Below the pieces are notes generated by a model. That model did no database searches. It saw nothing but the letters and a program-made list of their open reading frames with translations, and was not told the origin of the DNA. Made by a program: the position numbers and the translations under genes. From IMG/VR virus record IMGVR_UViG_3300033068_001557: a stretch of DNA of 64,000 nucleotides; one strand, given 5' to 3'. The stretch comes from an uncultured virus (IMG/VR IMGVR_UViG_3300033068_001557). Taxonomy: Duplodnaviria > Heunggongvirae > Uroviricota > Caudoviricetes. Positions 38,811 through 49,528 of the stretch are shown here, in pieces (the stretch's first letter is position 1; each line of letters opens with the position of its first letter).

Positions 38811-40343
38811 TTATACATAGTCTGGTTCATAAACAATAGAACCAATTCTTGAAGTGTCCCATACACACAATGAACCAGAAGTTTCACGAATGAATGTTAC
38901 ACCTTTTTGCAATGAAGTAGCTTTACTACCATTAGAAATAGGACCTAAACGTGGGTCAGTGATACCTGAAGTATAAGTATAAACTTCAGTCAAATCTTCC
39001 ATCAACATAGTCATGTTGGATTTAGGAGCATCACTTGAACCAGGATTACCTAAGTCATAAATATCCATTCTGAAAGAATCAATAGTATATGCAGGATTAT
39101 CAGGGTGTTTTCTTTTACAGTATTTAGGGTCATCTTTCATTGGATCATAAGCCAATCTAACTCTAATACCATTGATAGCATTAAATTCTACAAATTGCGC
39201 ACCATATGCTAAAGGATTTCTAATACCCTTAATTGCAGAAGAAGTATCTTTAATGTAGTGAGTATCTACAGTCAAGAAAGAGTTTGCTTCATCAGAAAGG
39301 ATTTGATGGAACATTCTCATACCACCTTCACCTGTTGAAATAACAACGTCTCTATCTACAGCATTCAAACGATTTAAGAAAATACCATGTAAATAATCTT
39401 CCAAAGATTGAGCTGTCAAGTTACCATTATGAATGTATTCGTGACCATCTTTAGACAATTGTCTAAAACCAGGACCAGTTCTTTTAATGTAACCATTAGA
39501 ATCCAAATCAATAGAAGCATGACCATAGACCATAGCCATTTCTCTATCCATCTCAACTCGGTCTAACAAACGAGCTTCAGCATCAGTAACAAACATACCT
39601 CTTTCAATTACTTTACCACCACGTCTTACAGCAAAAGCATAACCTGAAGTCAAGCATTGGTCTTTAGATGTTTTTTTACCTTGTAATTCACGTCTTACTA
39701 CTTTATCAGTAACGTTAAATTCAGCAGCATACATACCAATTTGAGATTCAAAATCCATTGCAGAACCATATTGGTCTCCACCTCTTTTGTCATTCATTTC
39801 ATCCGCAATAGAAGAAGATGCTTTAATGAATGTTCTTCCAACATCAAACATTTCAGGAGAAATCCATGCTGTAGGGTCAGAAGTTTGTAATTTACCTACA
39901 TAGTGAAAATGATTACCAATTTTACGTGGTTTTCCTATGATAGAGATAAAAGGATATCTATTATCTTCACATTGAATAACATCTGGTTCTTCCAACCAAT
40001 CATGGTCTAAAGCAAATGTAAATTCTGAATTTCCATAACCAAGTTTAGCACCTGCATCATTCAATTGTTCTGTAGAATAGAAATTAATTTCATCATCTCC
40101 AGCAACTGTCCAACGATATACGTTATTGTCAATTACTTCAAAATTACCATTTCCCAATGTTAATGCAGATAGTGTTTTGTTTGAAAACCTATTGGAACTG
40201 GAGAACAGTTTTGCAACCATAACACCAAATCTATAAGGTTTATCATCTTTGAATGCAGCAGCTAAATGAATACTATCAAAGGATTTGCCCCCTAATGGTG
40301 CTGTGTATTCTTCCATTTTAATAATTCCAGATTGTGTAACCAT
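38811..40343 (-). CDS. Major capsid protein (crAss-type)
   Basis: 510 aa; YRWTV, TGPGFRQ, TGEGGMRMFH, YGAQFVEF...NGIRV and HPD...SFRM motifs; follows portal and scaffold. Confidence 0.88.
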   Translation of the reverse strand: MVTQSGIIKMEEYTAPLGGKSFDSIHLAAAFKDDKPYRFGVMVAKLFSSSNRFSNKTLSALTLGNGNFEVIDNNVYRWTVAGDDEINFYSTEQLNDAGAKLGYGNSEFTFALDHDWLEEPDVIQCEDNRYPFISIIGKPRKIGNHFHYVGKLQTSDPTAWISPEMFDVGRTFIKASSSIADEMNDKRGGDQYGSAMDFESQIGMYAAEFNVTDKVVRRELQGKKTSKDQCLTSGYAFAVRRGGKVIERGMFVTDAEARLLDRVEMDREMAMVYGHASIDLDSNGYIKRTGPGFRQLSKDGHEYIHNGNLTAQSLEDYLHGIFLNRLNAVDRDVVISTGEGGMRMFHQILSDEANSFLTVDTHYIKDTSSAIKGIRNPLAYGAQFVEFNAINGIRVRLAYDPMKDDPKYCKRKHPDNPAYTIDSFRMDIYDLGNPGSSDAPKSNMTMLMEDLTEVYTYTSGITDPRLGPISNGSKATSLQKGVTFIRETSGSLCVWDTSRIGSIVYEPDYV

Positions 40344-40382
40344 CTTTAATTTTTGTTTTTAATTTAATTTTTTTTAATTTTA

Positions 40383-41549
40383 TTAACCAATCTCAATTTC
40401 ATCCCAATCTACATCTGCTGTATTTCTTCGTGTTTGAGAGGTATTTTTTGAGCCATTACCACCTGATAATTTTTCTTCAAGTGATTTTTTAACTTCTTTT
40501 ATTTTTTCAGTTTTTATCTGATTTTCAAATTTATCAAATTTCCAAGAGCCTGTTTTTTCATCATAACCATTAACTAAGTCTGCTAATAGAATTAATGCTT
40601 TTGGATTTGTATAAATTTGTTTAATTTTGCTTACTAATTGAGTGTCATTTTCTTTAGTTACAGTAAAAATAGTTTTTTTAATTTGTTCAATTTTTTCTTT
40701 ACTATATTTTACTTCTTCAAGGGTTTTTTCAATAGATGATTTAAATGTTCTTATTGCTTCTCTTTGTTCATTAGCTTTTTTTATTTCTTCTTCAACTAAT
40801 TTTTGTTTTTCTTCAGCAGCAATTATATCTACTTCTTGTTTTTCTTTTTTAGCTTCAGCAATTAATTCATCTTCATCTTCAAGGTCTTCTAACATGGATT
40901 TAATAACCCTATCTTTTAAACCTTTTTCTTTATAAATACTTGTTAAGAACTCTTTTGCGTTTTCAGTATTTTTAACATCATCTTCAGTATCAAAACTTAA
41001 ATTTACTTCTTTTTTAGATATTTCAAGAATTTTATCAAAAGTTTCAGAACTTACATCTTCTTTACTTTTTAAAACTACTTCTAAAATGGCTTTTGCTTTT
41101 TCAGGAAGTTTATTAATAAGATTTTGAGCAATTGCTACATTTCTGTTTTTTGAGTCTTGTTCATATGCTTCATCAATATTTTTACCATTAAATTCAAAAT
41201 CTTCATCTAATAGTAATCTATCTTTAATAGCATCATAATGTCTGACAATAACAGGATTTACATCTTCACCATATTTCTTAATGATATCATCATCATCTAA
41301 GCTCTCATTTTGTTCTTCTTCTTCATCAACGCTTGATGTTTCATCAGTAGGTTCAGTATCATCGTCTTCTTTTGTTTCTTTGTCATCTTTATCTTCAGTT
41401 TCTGATTTATCTTCTACTTCTTCTTTTTCTTCATCTTTTTTCTCTTCTTCAAGAGTTTTATCAATGATTTCTTCTTGTGGTTTTGGTTGTTCAAGTTTTT
41501 CATCACCAAAATCAAAAGCACCAAACGGGTCTATTTCATTCTCTACCAT
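40383..41549 (-). CDS. Putative scaffold protein (crAss gene 77-like)
   Basis: Highly acidic N-terminus, coiled coil, directly upstream of the capsid gene. Confidence 0.65.
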   Translation of the reverse strand: MVENEIDPFGAFDFGDEKLEQPKPQEEIIDKTLEEEKKDEEKEEVEDKSETEDKDDKETKEDDDTEPTDETSSVDEEEEQNESLDDDDIIKKYGEDVNPVIVRHYDAIKDRLLLDEDFEFNGKNIDEAYEQDSKNRNVAIAQNLINKLPEKAKAILEVVLKSKEDVSSETFDKILEISKKEVNLSFDTEDDVKNTENAKEFLTSIYKEKGLKDRVIKSMLEDLEDEDELIAEAKKEKQEVDIIAAEEKQKLVEEEIKKANEQREAIRTFKSSIEKTLEEVKYSKEKIEQIKKTIFTVTKENDTQLVSKIKQIYTNPKALILLADLVNGYDEKTGSWKFDKFENQIKTEKIKEVKKSLEEKLSGGNGSKNTSQTRRNTADVDWDEIEIG

Positions 41550-41563
41550 TGTTATTTGTTTTA

Positions 41564-41571
41564 CAAAGTTA
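41564..41571 (-). promoter_or_regulatory. Bacteroidota sigma70 -7 element
   Basis: TAACTTTG upstream of the scaffold/capsid operon. Confidence 0.6.
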
Positions 41572-41665
41572 ATAAATATTTTTTCTAATTATTGTTTTTA
41601 ATTAATGAAGGCATTTAAAACCAACATTATATGTCACATTTTTATAATTTAATTATTTGCTATTT

Positions 41666-41800
41666 TTAATCATCAGGTTTGTTTGTTGTTTTCATAAGTT
41701 TGTTTATAATTTCTTGCTTTTTTTCCTGAATAGAAGGATATACAAATTGTCTTCCTGATTTAGAAGTTCTTATATAACCTCCTTGTTGTTTTTTTTTCAT
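41666..41800 (-). CDS. 44-aa ORF, or +1 continuation of 41760..42509
   Basis: MKKKQQGGYIRTSKSGRQFVYPSIQEKK...; begins at an A9 run (41789-41797) inside the upstream gene. Confidence 0.4.
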   Translation of the reverse strand: MKKKQQGGYIRTSKSGRQFVYPSIQEKKQEIINKLMKTTNKPDD

Positions 41801-42509
41801 CAAGGTTTTCATCGCTTAATGCATTTATACTTGTATCAATAAAATAACCCGTTGTTTTAGCCTTTCTGACAAATTTTTTAGAAAGACCACTTGCTAAACC
41901 TTTAGTTACACTACCAAAAGGAATTAATCCAAGTGTTTCTAATCCAGCATTTTTTAAATTATCCAATGATGGATTATTATACAGTTTTTGGTAAGATGTT
42001 AAAGCATCGTTAACAGATAATACATTTCCTAATCCAGGAGCATATTCTAAAACATTTTCTAAATTAGAATCTTTTTTAGGGTCTCTTGCCCATTTACCAT
42101 CATCAGGTGCTTTTTTAAATGCTTTATCTAGTAAACCACCTTCTTCTTTTTTTGGAACATATTTATAATAATTTCCTGTTGTATCTAATGAATAATCATT
42201 TCTAAACTTAATTGCTTCAGGGTCATCTGAATTATACCAATCTAACTCATATTTTAATGTTGGATGGTCTTTTGATTTCATAAATTCATATACTCCTGTT
42301 TTAGGATTCATATAAACAGACCTTAAATGAGCATCTGATTTTGCAAAAGCTTCTAACTCTTCTTTAGGAGCTAATTCATATGCTCTTCTTAAATTATAAG
42401 AACTTGTGTCGTTTTTATAAGAAGGTATAGATTTATAATAATCTAAAAATCCACCATCATCATATTTAGTTTGAGAATCAAAGGTACGAATAGTTTCTTT
42501 ATTATCCAT
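41760..42509 (-). CDS. Hypothetical modular protein, possibly virion-associated
   Basis: Modules separated by K-x-x-x-GG motifs (KYDDGG, KKEEGG); lies between portal and scaffold. Confidence 0.6.
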   Translation of the reverse strand: MDNKETIRTFDSQTKYDDGGFLDYYKSIPSYKNDTSSYNLRRAYELAPKEELEAFAKSDAHLRSVYMNPKTGVYEFMKSKDHPTLKYELDWYNSDDPEAIKFRNDYSLDTTGNYYKYVPKKEEGGLLDKAFKKAPDDGKWARDPKKDSNLENVLEYAPGLGNVLSVNDALTSYQKLYNNPSLDNLKNAGLETLGLIPFGSVTKGLASGLSKKFVRKAKTTGYFIDTSINALSDENLDEKKTTRRLYKNF

Positions 42510-42530
42510 ATATTTAATTATAGAATTTAA

Positions 42531-45152
42531 TTATTTAGATGAAGATTTTGGTTTTTGTCTCGCAACATACTTCTTAACTTCTGCATCCATTTCAATCTTT
42601 TTATTTTGAAGAGTAGCATTTGTCTGACTATCACGTTCTTTTAAATCTAACTCTTTCTTTTTAATATCAAGTTCTTTATTCTTGATTTCCAAGTCTGTAG
42701 TTTGTTTATCACTTGCGATTTTAAGCTTAGCTACTTCAACAACATCTGGTTCATTATTATTATTTACATCTTGAGCTTGTTTGAATCTTGTAGCATCAAT
42801 TTCAGATTTAGCAAGTTCACCTTCAATCTTCATTTGAGTTATTTGAATTTCGTGTTCCTGTTCATCTTCTCTTGCTTCTATCTGCATTTGAGCAATTTGT
42901 TTTTGAGCTTCATCTTGTGCTTGAGCTGCTTGTTGTTGTCTTGCTTCAGAATCTAATTGCATTTTAGTAATCATTTTATGAATTTCTTCAGGAGATGTAC
43001 CTTGCGCACGAGCTTTAAGAATATAAGAAACTGTTTCAACAGAAGCTCCATTCTGAATCATCATTTTAGCCATTTCTGACATTTGATTAATATATTCAAA
43101 TTCTTTACCACTATCTGTTACAAACAATCCCATATCAGAATTTAAGAATTTTTCAGTATCTTTGATTTCCAATGTTTGTACTGTTAAATCACTTAACAAA
43201 TACTGACGTTTGATTTTTTTATCTTTCCATGCTATTTTAGCATAGTTGATGTAAGCTTCCATAATCTTTTTCCATAGTTCATTATGTTTTCTGAAGTAAT
43301 GTTCAGTAATATGAGAAGATTGTACAATAGCTTGTTGATTATCACTTACATTTGTATTAGATGAAAACTGAGCTTCTCTTTGTGGAGATACTCCACAAGC
43401 TAAGCCAATTTGAGCATCTAACCACCCTAATAACTGTAAAAGATTATTTAAATCCTGACCAATAGACATATTTTGTACAGAACCTGGTTGAGGTCTTGAA
43501 ATATTTGTTTGGGTAGGTTGTCCTCCAATATTGTTAATCATGGAGTTATAGATATTAATACCTTTTTGTCTATAGTAGAAAGTTTTAGATAATGCTTCAT
43601 TATATGGATCATCACTATCATTTCCTGCTAAATTAGGGTCAATCATTGATGTATCAAAATTTTGAATTGGACCAACTGCTTTAGGAATCATATCTTTAAT
43701 TTGATGTAATACTACAAAAAATAAAAACTGAAAAGGTTTCATTCTTGACATTAAAGAAATTGGTTTAGCATTCATACTATTAAATACACAACCATAATAA
43801 CCTAACTCAACATCAAAAGGATTATCAACACTATATGGTTGAAAAGGTTTTTCTCTAACATTTACATAAATATCACTATCAATTCTAATACCTTCCCATA
43901 CACGAGGAATCCACATTTTTTCTAATGTTACAGGATTTCCTACTTCATCTACCCATTCATATTGCTCTGATTTTTCACCAAATATATTAATGAATTTTAC
44001 TAAAGTAGCATCTTTAGGAATATCATATGAACTGTCTAAAATGTCCATTACTTCTTGACCATAATCATCTATTTTAGTTATAAAAGAAACTTCTCTTAAC
44101 CATTTCCATTCCATAGAAACTACAGTACAAAAAGTGTCATGTAAAAGTCTTTTATTAGCATTTACATCATCACTATAATTACCAATATTTCTTCCAATAT
44201 ATTGCATAGATGCAAGACTGTTCAAATATTGATTTGTAATAGTGCTTTCAGTGTTCATATCTAATTGACCAGTATATTGTTTACCAGTATAACCAGGAAC
44301 ACGTTTACGCAATTTTTCTAAATCTTTTTCATTTAAAACATGACCATATTGCTCAATTACTTTTTCTGCTGACATTACAAAAATCTCTCCTGCATAATCA
44401 CCATCTTGAATATAACGTATATTTGGTGTTTTAGAATAAAAAGTATTTAATGTATTACATAATTTGATTTTAGGTTCTCCTTTATGTACTCCAACATATA
44501 TAAATTCTTTATCTGAAAGTAATGCGTGTTTAAAACCATCATTTTTCAAACTTCGTACATCTTCTTTATACATACCATAATTAAGAACATGATTTCCTAA
44601 TATTTCTAATTCAGATAAAAAAGATGTTTTTTCAATGTCTTCTGGTGTTTTAGACTGTGTTACTTCATCACGAATTTTTTGAATTTCACTATCAGGTAAA
44701 CCTTGTTGTTGTGCTTCAATTATTCTTTCATTTTTTTCTATAACTTCTTGTATATAAGCAAGATAAAGATTTTTTAATTCTTCATCTTTTTCTTCTAATG
44801 CTTTAGCATTCATTAATGCTAAAATAAAGTTTGTGCCACGTTTATATTCTTCTCCTAAAAGAACATCTATTTTTGTATAAGTTTTATTATATGGTAATAC
44901 TTCTTCATCGTATTGTCCTACATCTATTCCTAAAGGATTACAGATTCTTTCAAAATCTTCTTGAGAAATATCATTGTTATAAAGTTTATAAGAAGATAAA
45001 TCATTATTATATTCTTCTACCCAATCTTTACTTCTTGTAAATGTTGGAATGATTTCTGTCATAACTTTTTTAGCTAGTTCACAATCATTTTTATATTTTT
45101 CTTCTTCAGGACATCTATACCTGTAGTTTAATTTTTCTGTTTCTGGTATCAT
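42531..45152 (-). CDS. Portal protein
   Basis: 873 aa directly after the terminase; KIDVLLGEE, WIPRVWEG, SLMSRMKPFQ and GVSPQRE motifs of crAss portals. Confidence 0.88.
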   Translation of the reverse strand: MIPETEKLNYRYRCPEEEKYKNDCELAKKVMTEIIPTFTRSKDWVEEYNNDLSSYKLYNNDISQEDFERICNPLGIDVGQYDEEVLPYNKTYTKIDVLLGEEYKRGTNFILALMNAKALEEKDEELKNLYLAYIQEVIEKNERIIEAQQQGLPDSEIQKIRDEVTQSKTPEDIEKTSFLSELEILGNHVLNYGMYKEDVRSLKNDGFKHALLSDKEFIYVGVHKGEPKIKLCNTLNTFYSKTPNIRYIQDGDYAGEIFVMSAEKVIEQYGHVLNEKDLEKLRKRVPGYTGKQYTGQLDMNTESTITNQYLNSLASMQYIGRNIGNYSDDVNANKRLLHDTFCTVVSMEWKWLREVSFITKIDDYGQEVMDILDSSYDIPKDATLVKFINIFGEKSEQYEWVDEVGNPVTLEKMWIPRVWEGIRIDSDIYVNVREKPFQPYSVDNPFDVELGYYGCVFNSMNAKPISLMSRMKPFQFLFFVVLHQIKDMIPKAVGPIQNFDTSMIDPNLAGNDSDDPYNEALSKTFYYRQKGINIYNSMINNIGGQPTQTNISRPQPGSVQNMSIGQDLNNLLQLLGWLDAQIGLACGVSPQREAQFSSNTNVSDNQQAIVQSSHITEHYFRKHNELWKKIMEAYINYAKIAWKDKKIKRQYLLSDLTVQTLEIKDTEKFLNSDMGLFVTDSGKEFEYINQMSEMAKMMIQNGASVETVSYILKARAQGTSPEEIHKMITKMQLDSEARQQQAAQAQDEAQKQIAQMQIEAREDEQEHEIQITQMKIEGELAKSEIDATRFKQAQDVNNNNEPDVVEVAKLKIASDKQTTDLEIKNKELDIKKKELDLKERDSQTNATLQNKKIEMDAEVKKYVARQKPKSSSK

Positions 45153-48100
45153 TATAATAACATTGATTTTGTAAAAGAACCTTCTAATAACGCTCTTCTT
45201 TTTTTAACTTTTTGATTTTGTCTATTGAATAATGAGTCATTGTTTGCTAACAATGAAAGCGGATTATTTCTGTTTATTACTTGTGCTTCATATTGATTTA
45301 TTTTTTCTCTTAAACCAACAACACAACCTACTAATGCCATGCAATTATGAACAAGAACATTATTTGCAAAATAAGTATTATCATCTAATACTGATAAATT
45401 ATAAGTATCTTCAATTCTATTTGTTTTTTCTACTTTTTTTACTTTACAATAAAAACCCTCTTCTTTTTCAATTGCATTTAATTTTATTCTTTCTCTTTTA
45501 TAAGTTGGTTCAAAATCAAATTTAGAAGAACATTTAAATATTTTTGTATAAGTATAAGGAATATCAATAGCTAATTGTTCTTGATTTTTTTCTTGAGGTC
45601 TAACTCTGATACTGGAATATATAGAATTGTCTAATAGCATTTGTCTAATTAATCGCATAGCTAATTTATTAGTATTAGATATTTGAATGTTTCCTTTAGC
45701 TTTTGTTTTATGACCCTCTGCCTCTAAAAATCCTAATAAAAAGTGAAAATTATTTTTTGAATTAAATACTTTTTCATTAATTTGTTTATTACTTGTAGTC
45801 CCACAATTTTCATTTAACCATTCTTTTATTGGTTTTGAAAACTTTTCTAAACTATACCAATTTTTTTTATCTTTAATTCTTGTAATGTTAGTAGAATCAA
45901 TAGCATCTAATATATTTTTTATTTTTTCTGCTTGTTCTAGTTCTTTATTAGAAAAAATAAATTTAACTAAATTATTACTTTTATTAATATTTCCATCTCC
46001 TAAAAACCATCCAAGCAAATATAATTCATCATTTGTATAATATTCTTCAGTTAATTTTCTTTTAGGTAAAAGGACAAAATCCTTAGAAGTTAAATCTTCA
46101 GCATTTGTATATTTCTCATTTAAAAGACTATGTCTAGTATTATGCTTAACTGTTTTATTATATTTTGTATAAAAAGGATGATTAGCTGTAGTTTCAATTG
46201 GAGAAGAATCTCCCTCAATATATACATTTACTATTTCTGCTTTATTTTTATGAGTTAATACTACAGGATGATAATCTAAAGATTTTGTTAATACTAAATC
46301 TCCTTCTTGAATATTATCTATTGTTTTTAATCCTTTGTTTGTTGTAATTAAAGTATTTTTAGAAAAACATCTATCATAATTACCTTTATCTAAGTCAAAG
46401 GCAATTAATTCTCTGACTAAGGCTATATCAGGAAGTCTTTCTAAATTTCTTTTTGTTACACCATTTACTAGTGTTTCTTCTTTTAACCATTCAGCTAACA
46501 TATCTATTAACTGAACTTTTGATAAACGATTTCCTGTTATCCATCCATATTCAGCTACTGGTCTTTTTAATATTCTTACACCTTTTTCTATTTGTGGTCT
46601 TAAACATAATTGATGTAATTTATGTTTCTTTTCAAAATATCCTTTTACATAATCACCTCTATTTCCTTCAAACCATAAACCTTGTAATGGAGAACCATAC
46701 ATCATTAGTATTTTTTCTACATTTTCTAAAAATCTTGTTCTACCTAAAGAGTGTTTACCTGTATAACCACAAACTATTTCATTACCTCCATATCCTAAAG
46801 CAGAATATTTTGGATTTTTCATAACATATACTGAACCTAATGATTCACCATCTTCAAGATTTTCACTCACATAAGGGTCAAATCCTACAAGGTCATACAT
46901 ATCATTTGGTACTTCACCATTAATTTCTATTGGTGCTTCATACATCATTATACAACCTTCAACATTACTGTCTCTTTTTGCAGGGTATTCATAAATAGGT
47001 TCTACATTTTCTAATACTTTATAATCAACTCCTGTTTTTTTAGAAGAGTCAAAATAAATATCAATTGCAGTGCCTCTTTTTTTATAGTTATTATGAAGTA
47101 ATAATGATTTTTCAACTTCTTTTAATTCTGTAACAGGTAGTATTTTTCCTTCTCTACCTAAAAACATTTCTGAAGGAACTAAAGGGAAATTCATTAATTC
47201 TGCATCATATGCTTGGGAAGAAACTTTTTTAGCATTAGCTCTTCGTTTTTCATAAAATGCTTTTGCTTTTTCTACATCTGTATTACCATTTTCATCTTTA
47301 AAGTCATTATTAATGTAATATGCAGGAAGAAAAAATCCTATTTCTCCTGTATGTTCCCATATGTCGTTATATGCTAATATGTTATACCCTCTTGGTTCTG
47401 TAAATAATATACGTGCTTCAACAATTTTATCAATATTACCTGCTGTTCCTAAGTAGTGAGTACTGCCAAATTTTGTACTATCCACTATTTGACAAGCATC
47501 ATTACTACCATGTACTGTTAAAATATTAGGTACTAAACCTAATTCCTCAACTGTAATTCTTGCTGGTCTTGTACCAGCAGCAGCTTCAGGATTATCTGTT
47601 GTAAATGATACATGTAATATTTTAGAACCTGAACCAAAACCTCCAATCCATCTACCATTTACTTTTTTTTCATATTCATGTCTGTATGGATTTTTAGCAT
47701 TATTTGGTTCAAGAGAACCTTTCATATCTTTATAAAAAGGTGATGGTTGATAATCATCATCTCCTGGTTTTCCCCAACAACCCAATTCAACATTGGTTGC
47801 AAGTTCTGTCATTGCAAATTTTATTTTATCACAAAACTCATTTGATTTAGATGTTAATGCAGCACCAATAAGAACTTCTGTTTTAGCAGGATTCTTTCTT
47901 GTTTCTTCGGTATATTCTTTAGCTCCGTCAAATACTATTTCATGGAGATTAACTCCTAATGCATACCAATATGATTTACCACCACCCCTCGAATTATGTG
48001 TAACTAAATAATTTTCAAGTAAAAATAAATTATCTTTATCGATTTCAAAACCATAAAAGTCTTCTACTTTTCCACTAGTTAAATCTATTTCTATCTTGTT

Positions 48101-49528
48101 TCTAGTACTTCCTTGTTTGTTTGTATCTCTGGCTTTTTTTCTTTCTATTTTACATGGTATTTTAGAAATGTTTCCAGTTATTCTTAAATTATATTTTAAA
48201 CTATTTGTTAAACCTGTTATAGAAGGTTTGTGTATTTTTGCAATAAATCCTAATGATTGAGCAAGTTCTCTAGTTTGTTTTAAGAGATTTAAATCAATAT
48301 TGCAAATAGTATATCTACCTCTATCATAATGACCATCACTGTCTATAAAACCTGCTAATAATTCTAATCTTTGATTTATTGAAGATAACATGTATTCCTG
48401 TGGAATATGTTTATTGTTTAAAAAAGTATTAGACCACCAATTGTTTTTATGTAACATTGTATTATCTATAAGTCTAAACCTTGTTGTATAAGAATTTGTT
48501 AATCCAGATTTTGATTGTGTTTCTGTATAAGAAAATCTTTCTTCTGAATTAGCATAATTTACTAACCAATCTTTTATTTCTTTATCAGCTTGTTCATTAA
48601 TACAAATTAGTTTTTCTCTTTTAAACCCATCACCTAACCACAATCCTATAAAGTATGGATGAAGTTTTAAATCTTTTTCTGGATATTGAATTGCTTCACT
48701 TTTTATAGCTTCAAAATGATAATTGTGTTTTGTTTTAGGTTTATCTAAATATTCATTTGTATCAAGGGTTAATATATTTCCATTGCTTATATCTCTTATT
48801 TGGTGTAAATGAGAATCAGTACATCTAAAGCTTCCATTATAATTTGTGTGAACATCATACATTAAGCCTTTACCTCTTACAAGATTTTGTACTGTTCTTG
48901 GAGTAGAATCTATCCCCATTAATTTATCTCCAACTTGAATATCTTTACTATATTTCAAAGAACCATCAAACATTCTTACTTTTACACTTTCATGTAAACA
49001 ACCCATTTCAATAGTATTAGAAGCATTATTATGATATAACGGTTTACCTAAAGGTTGAGAATGTAGTCTTCTTAAATAATCACGAGGGTTTTCATATTGT
49101 TTTAATGTGCCATCACCTTTAAAACATTCTTTTGGTAAATCTTTTTTATCTTTTTCACTTAATGTTCCTATTACTTTTGGATGTAAAAAAGAGTTACAAG
49201 ATACATATTCATCATCAGAAAATCCTGAAAAACCAAATGATTCTAAACAAGCATAAGCTCTTTCCCATTCCAAATCACGCAAGGAAGGTTTAATTCTATA
49301 ACGAGCTTTTTTCTTTTTTTCAGCATGTAAAATTATACAGAAATTAATATAGAAAAATAGATTTCCTGGCATAAATCTATAACCATCAAAATCTTTTCCC
49401 CATAAACCTTCAATACATTTCTTTTTATAGTCTCGCCATAAAAGAGTATGTCTTGGGTCATCAGGATGAAAATTAGGTATTTCTTTAATTAACCAATTTT
49501 CACGATTTTCTATTGTAATGAAGTTCAT
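45152..49528 (-). CDS. terL: Terminase large subunit with two inteins
   Basis: Walker A reconstituted as EMG|SRGGGKS; Walker B ITVEELG; nuclease GFDPY and GNYDR|CMA; predicted mature length 780 aa. Confidence 0.93.
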   Translation of the reverse strand: MNFITIENRENWLIKEIPNFHPDDPRHTLLWRDYKKKCIEGLWGKDFDGYRFMPGNLFFYINFCIILHAEKKKKARYRIKPSLRDLEWERAYACLESFGFSGFSDDEYVSCNSFLHPKVIGTLSEKDKKDLPKECFKGDGTLKQYENPRDYLRRLHSQPLGKPLYHNNASNTIEMGCLHESVKVRMFDGSLKYSKDIQVGDKLMGIDSTPRTVQNLVRGKGLMYDVHTNYNGSFRCTDSHLHQIRDISNGNILTLDTNEYLDKPKTKHNYHFEAIKSEAIQYPEKDLKLHPYFIGLWLGDGFKREKLICINEQADKEIKDWLVNYANSEERFSYTETQSKSGLTNSYTTRFRLIDNTMLHKNNWWSNTFLNNKHIPQEYMLSSINQRLELLAGFIDSDGHYDRGRYTICNIDLNLLKQTRELAQSLGFIAKIHKPSITGLTNSLKYNLRITGNISKIPCKIERKKARDTNKQGSTRNKIEIDLTSGKVEDFYGFEIDKDNLFLLENYLVTHNSRGGGKSYWYALGVNLHEIVFDGAKEYTEETRKNPAKTEVLIGAALTSKSNEFCDKIKFAMTELATNVELGCWGKPGDDDYQPSPFYKDMKGSLEPNNAKNPYRHEYEKKVNGRWIGGFGSGSKILHVSFTTDNPEAAAGTRPARITVEELGLVPNILTVHGSNDACQIVDSTKFGSTHYLGTAGNIDKIVEARILFTEPRGYNILAYNDIWEHTGEIGFFLPAYYINNDFKDENGNTDVEKAKAFYEKRRANAKKVSSQAYDAELMNFPLVPSEMFLGREGKILPVTELKEVEKSLLLHNNYKKRGTAIDIYFDSSKKTGVDYKVLENVEPIYEYPAKRDSNVEGCIMMYEAPIEINGEVPNDMYDLVGFDPYVSENLEDGESLGSVYVMKNPKYSALGYGGNEIVCGYTGKHSLGRTRFLENVEKILMMYGSPLQGLWFEGNRGDYVKGYFEKKHKLHQLCLRPQIEKGVRILKRPVAEYGWITGNRLSKVQLIDMLAEWLKEETLVNGVTKRNLERLPDIALVRELIAFDLDKGNYDRCFSKNTLITTNKGLKTIDNIQEGDLVLTKSLDYHPVVLTHKNKAEIVNVYIEGDSSPIETTANHPFYTKYNKTVKHNTRHSLLNEKYTNAEDLTSKDFVLLPKRKLTEEYYTNDELYLLGWFLGDGNINKSNNLVKFIFSNKELEQAEKIKNILDAIDSTNITRIKDKKNWYSLEKFSKPIKEWLNENCGTTSNKQINEKVFNSKNNFHFLLGFLEAEGHKTKAKGNIQISNTNKLAMRLIRQMLLDNSIYSSIRVRPQEKNQEQLAIDIPYTYTKIFKCSSKFDFEPTYKRERIKLNAIEKEEGFYCKVKKVEKTNRIEDTYNLSVLDDNTYFANNVLVHNCMALVGCVVGLREKINQYEAQVINRNNPLSLLANNDSLFNRQNQKVKKRRALLEGSFTKSMLL
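45344..46369 (-). mobile_element. Intein 2 (342 aa) with LAGLIDADG-type endonuclease
   Basis: CFSKNTLITT...TANHPF...LLGWFLGDG...FLLGFLEAEG...YNLSV...VLVHN followed by Cys. Confidence 0.92.
47993..49000 (-). mobile_element. Intein 1 (336 aa) with LAGLIDADG-type endonuclease
   Basis: CLHESVKVRMFDG...FIGLWLGDG...LLAGFIDSDG...FYGFEID...LVTHN followed by Ser. Confidence 0.93.
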
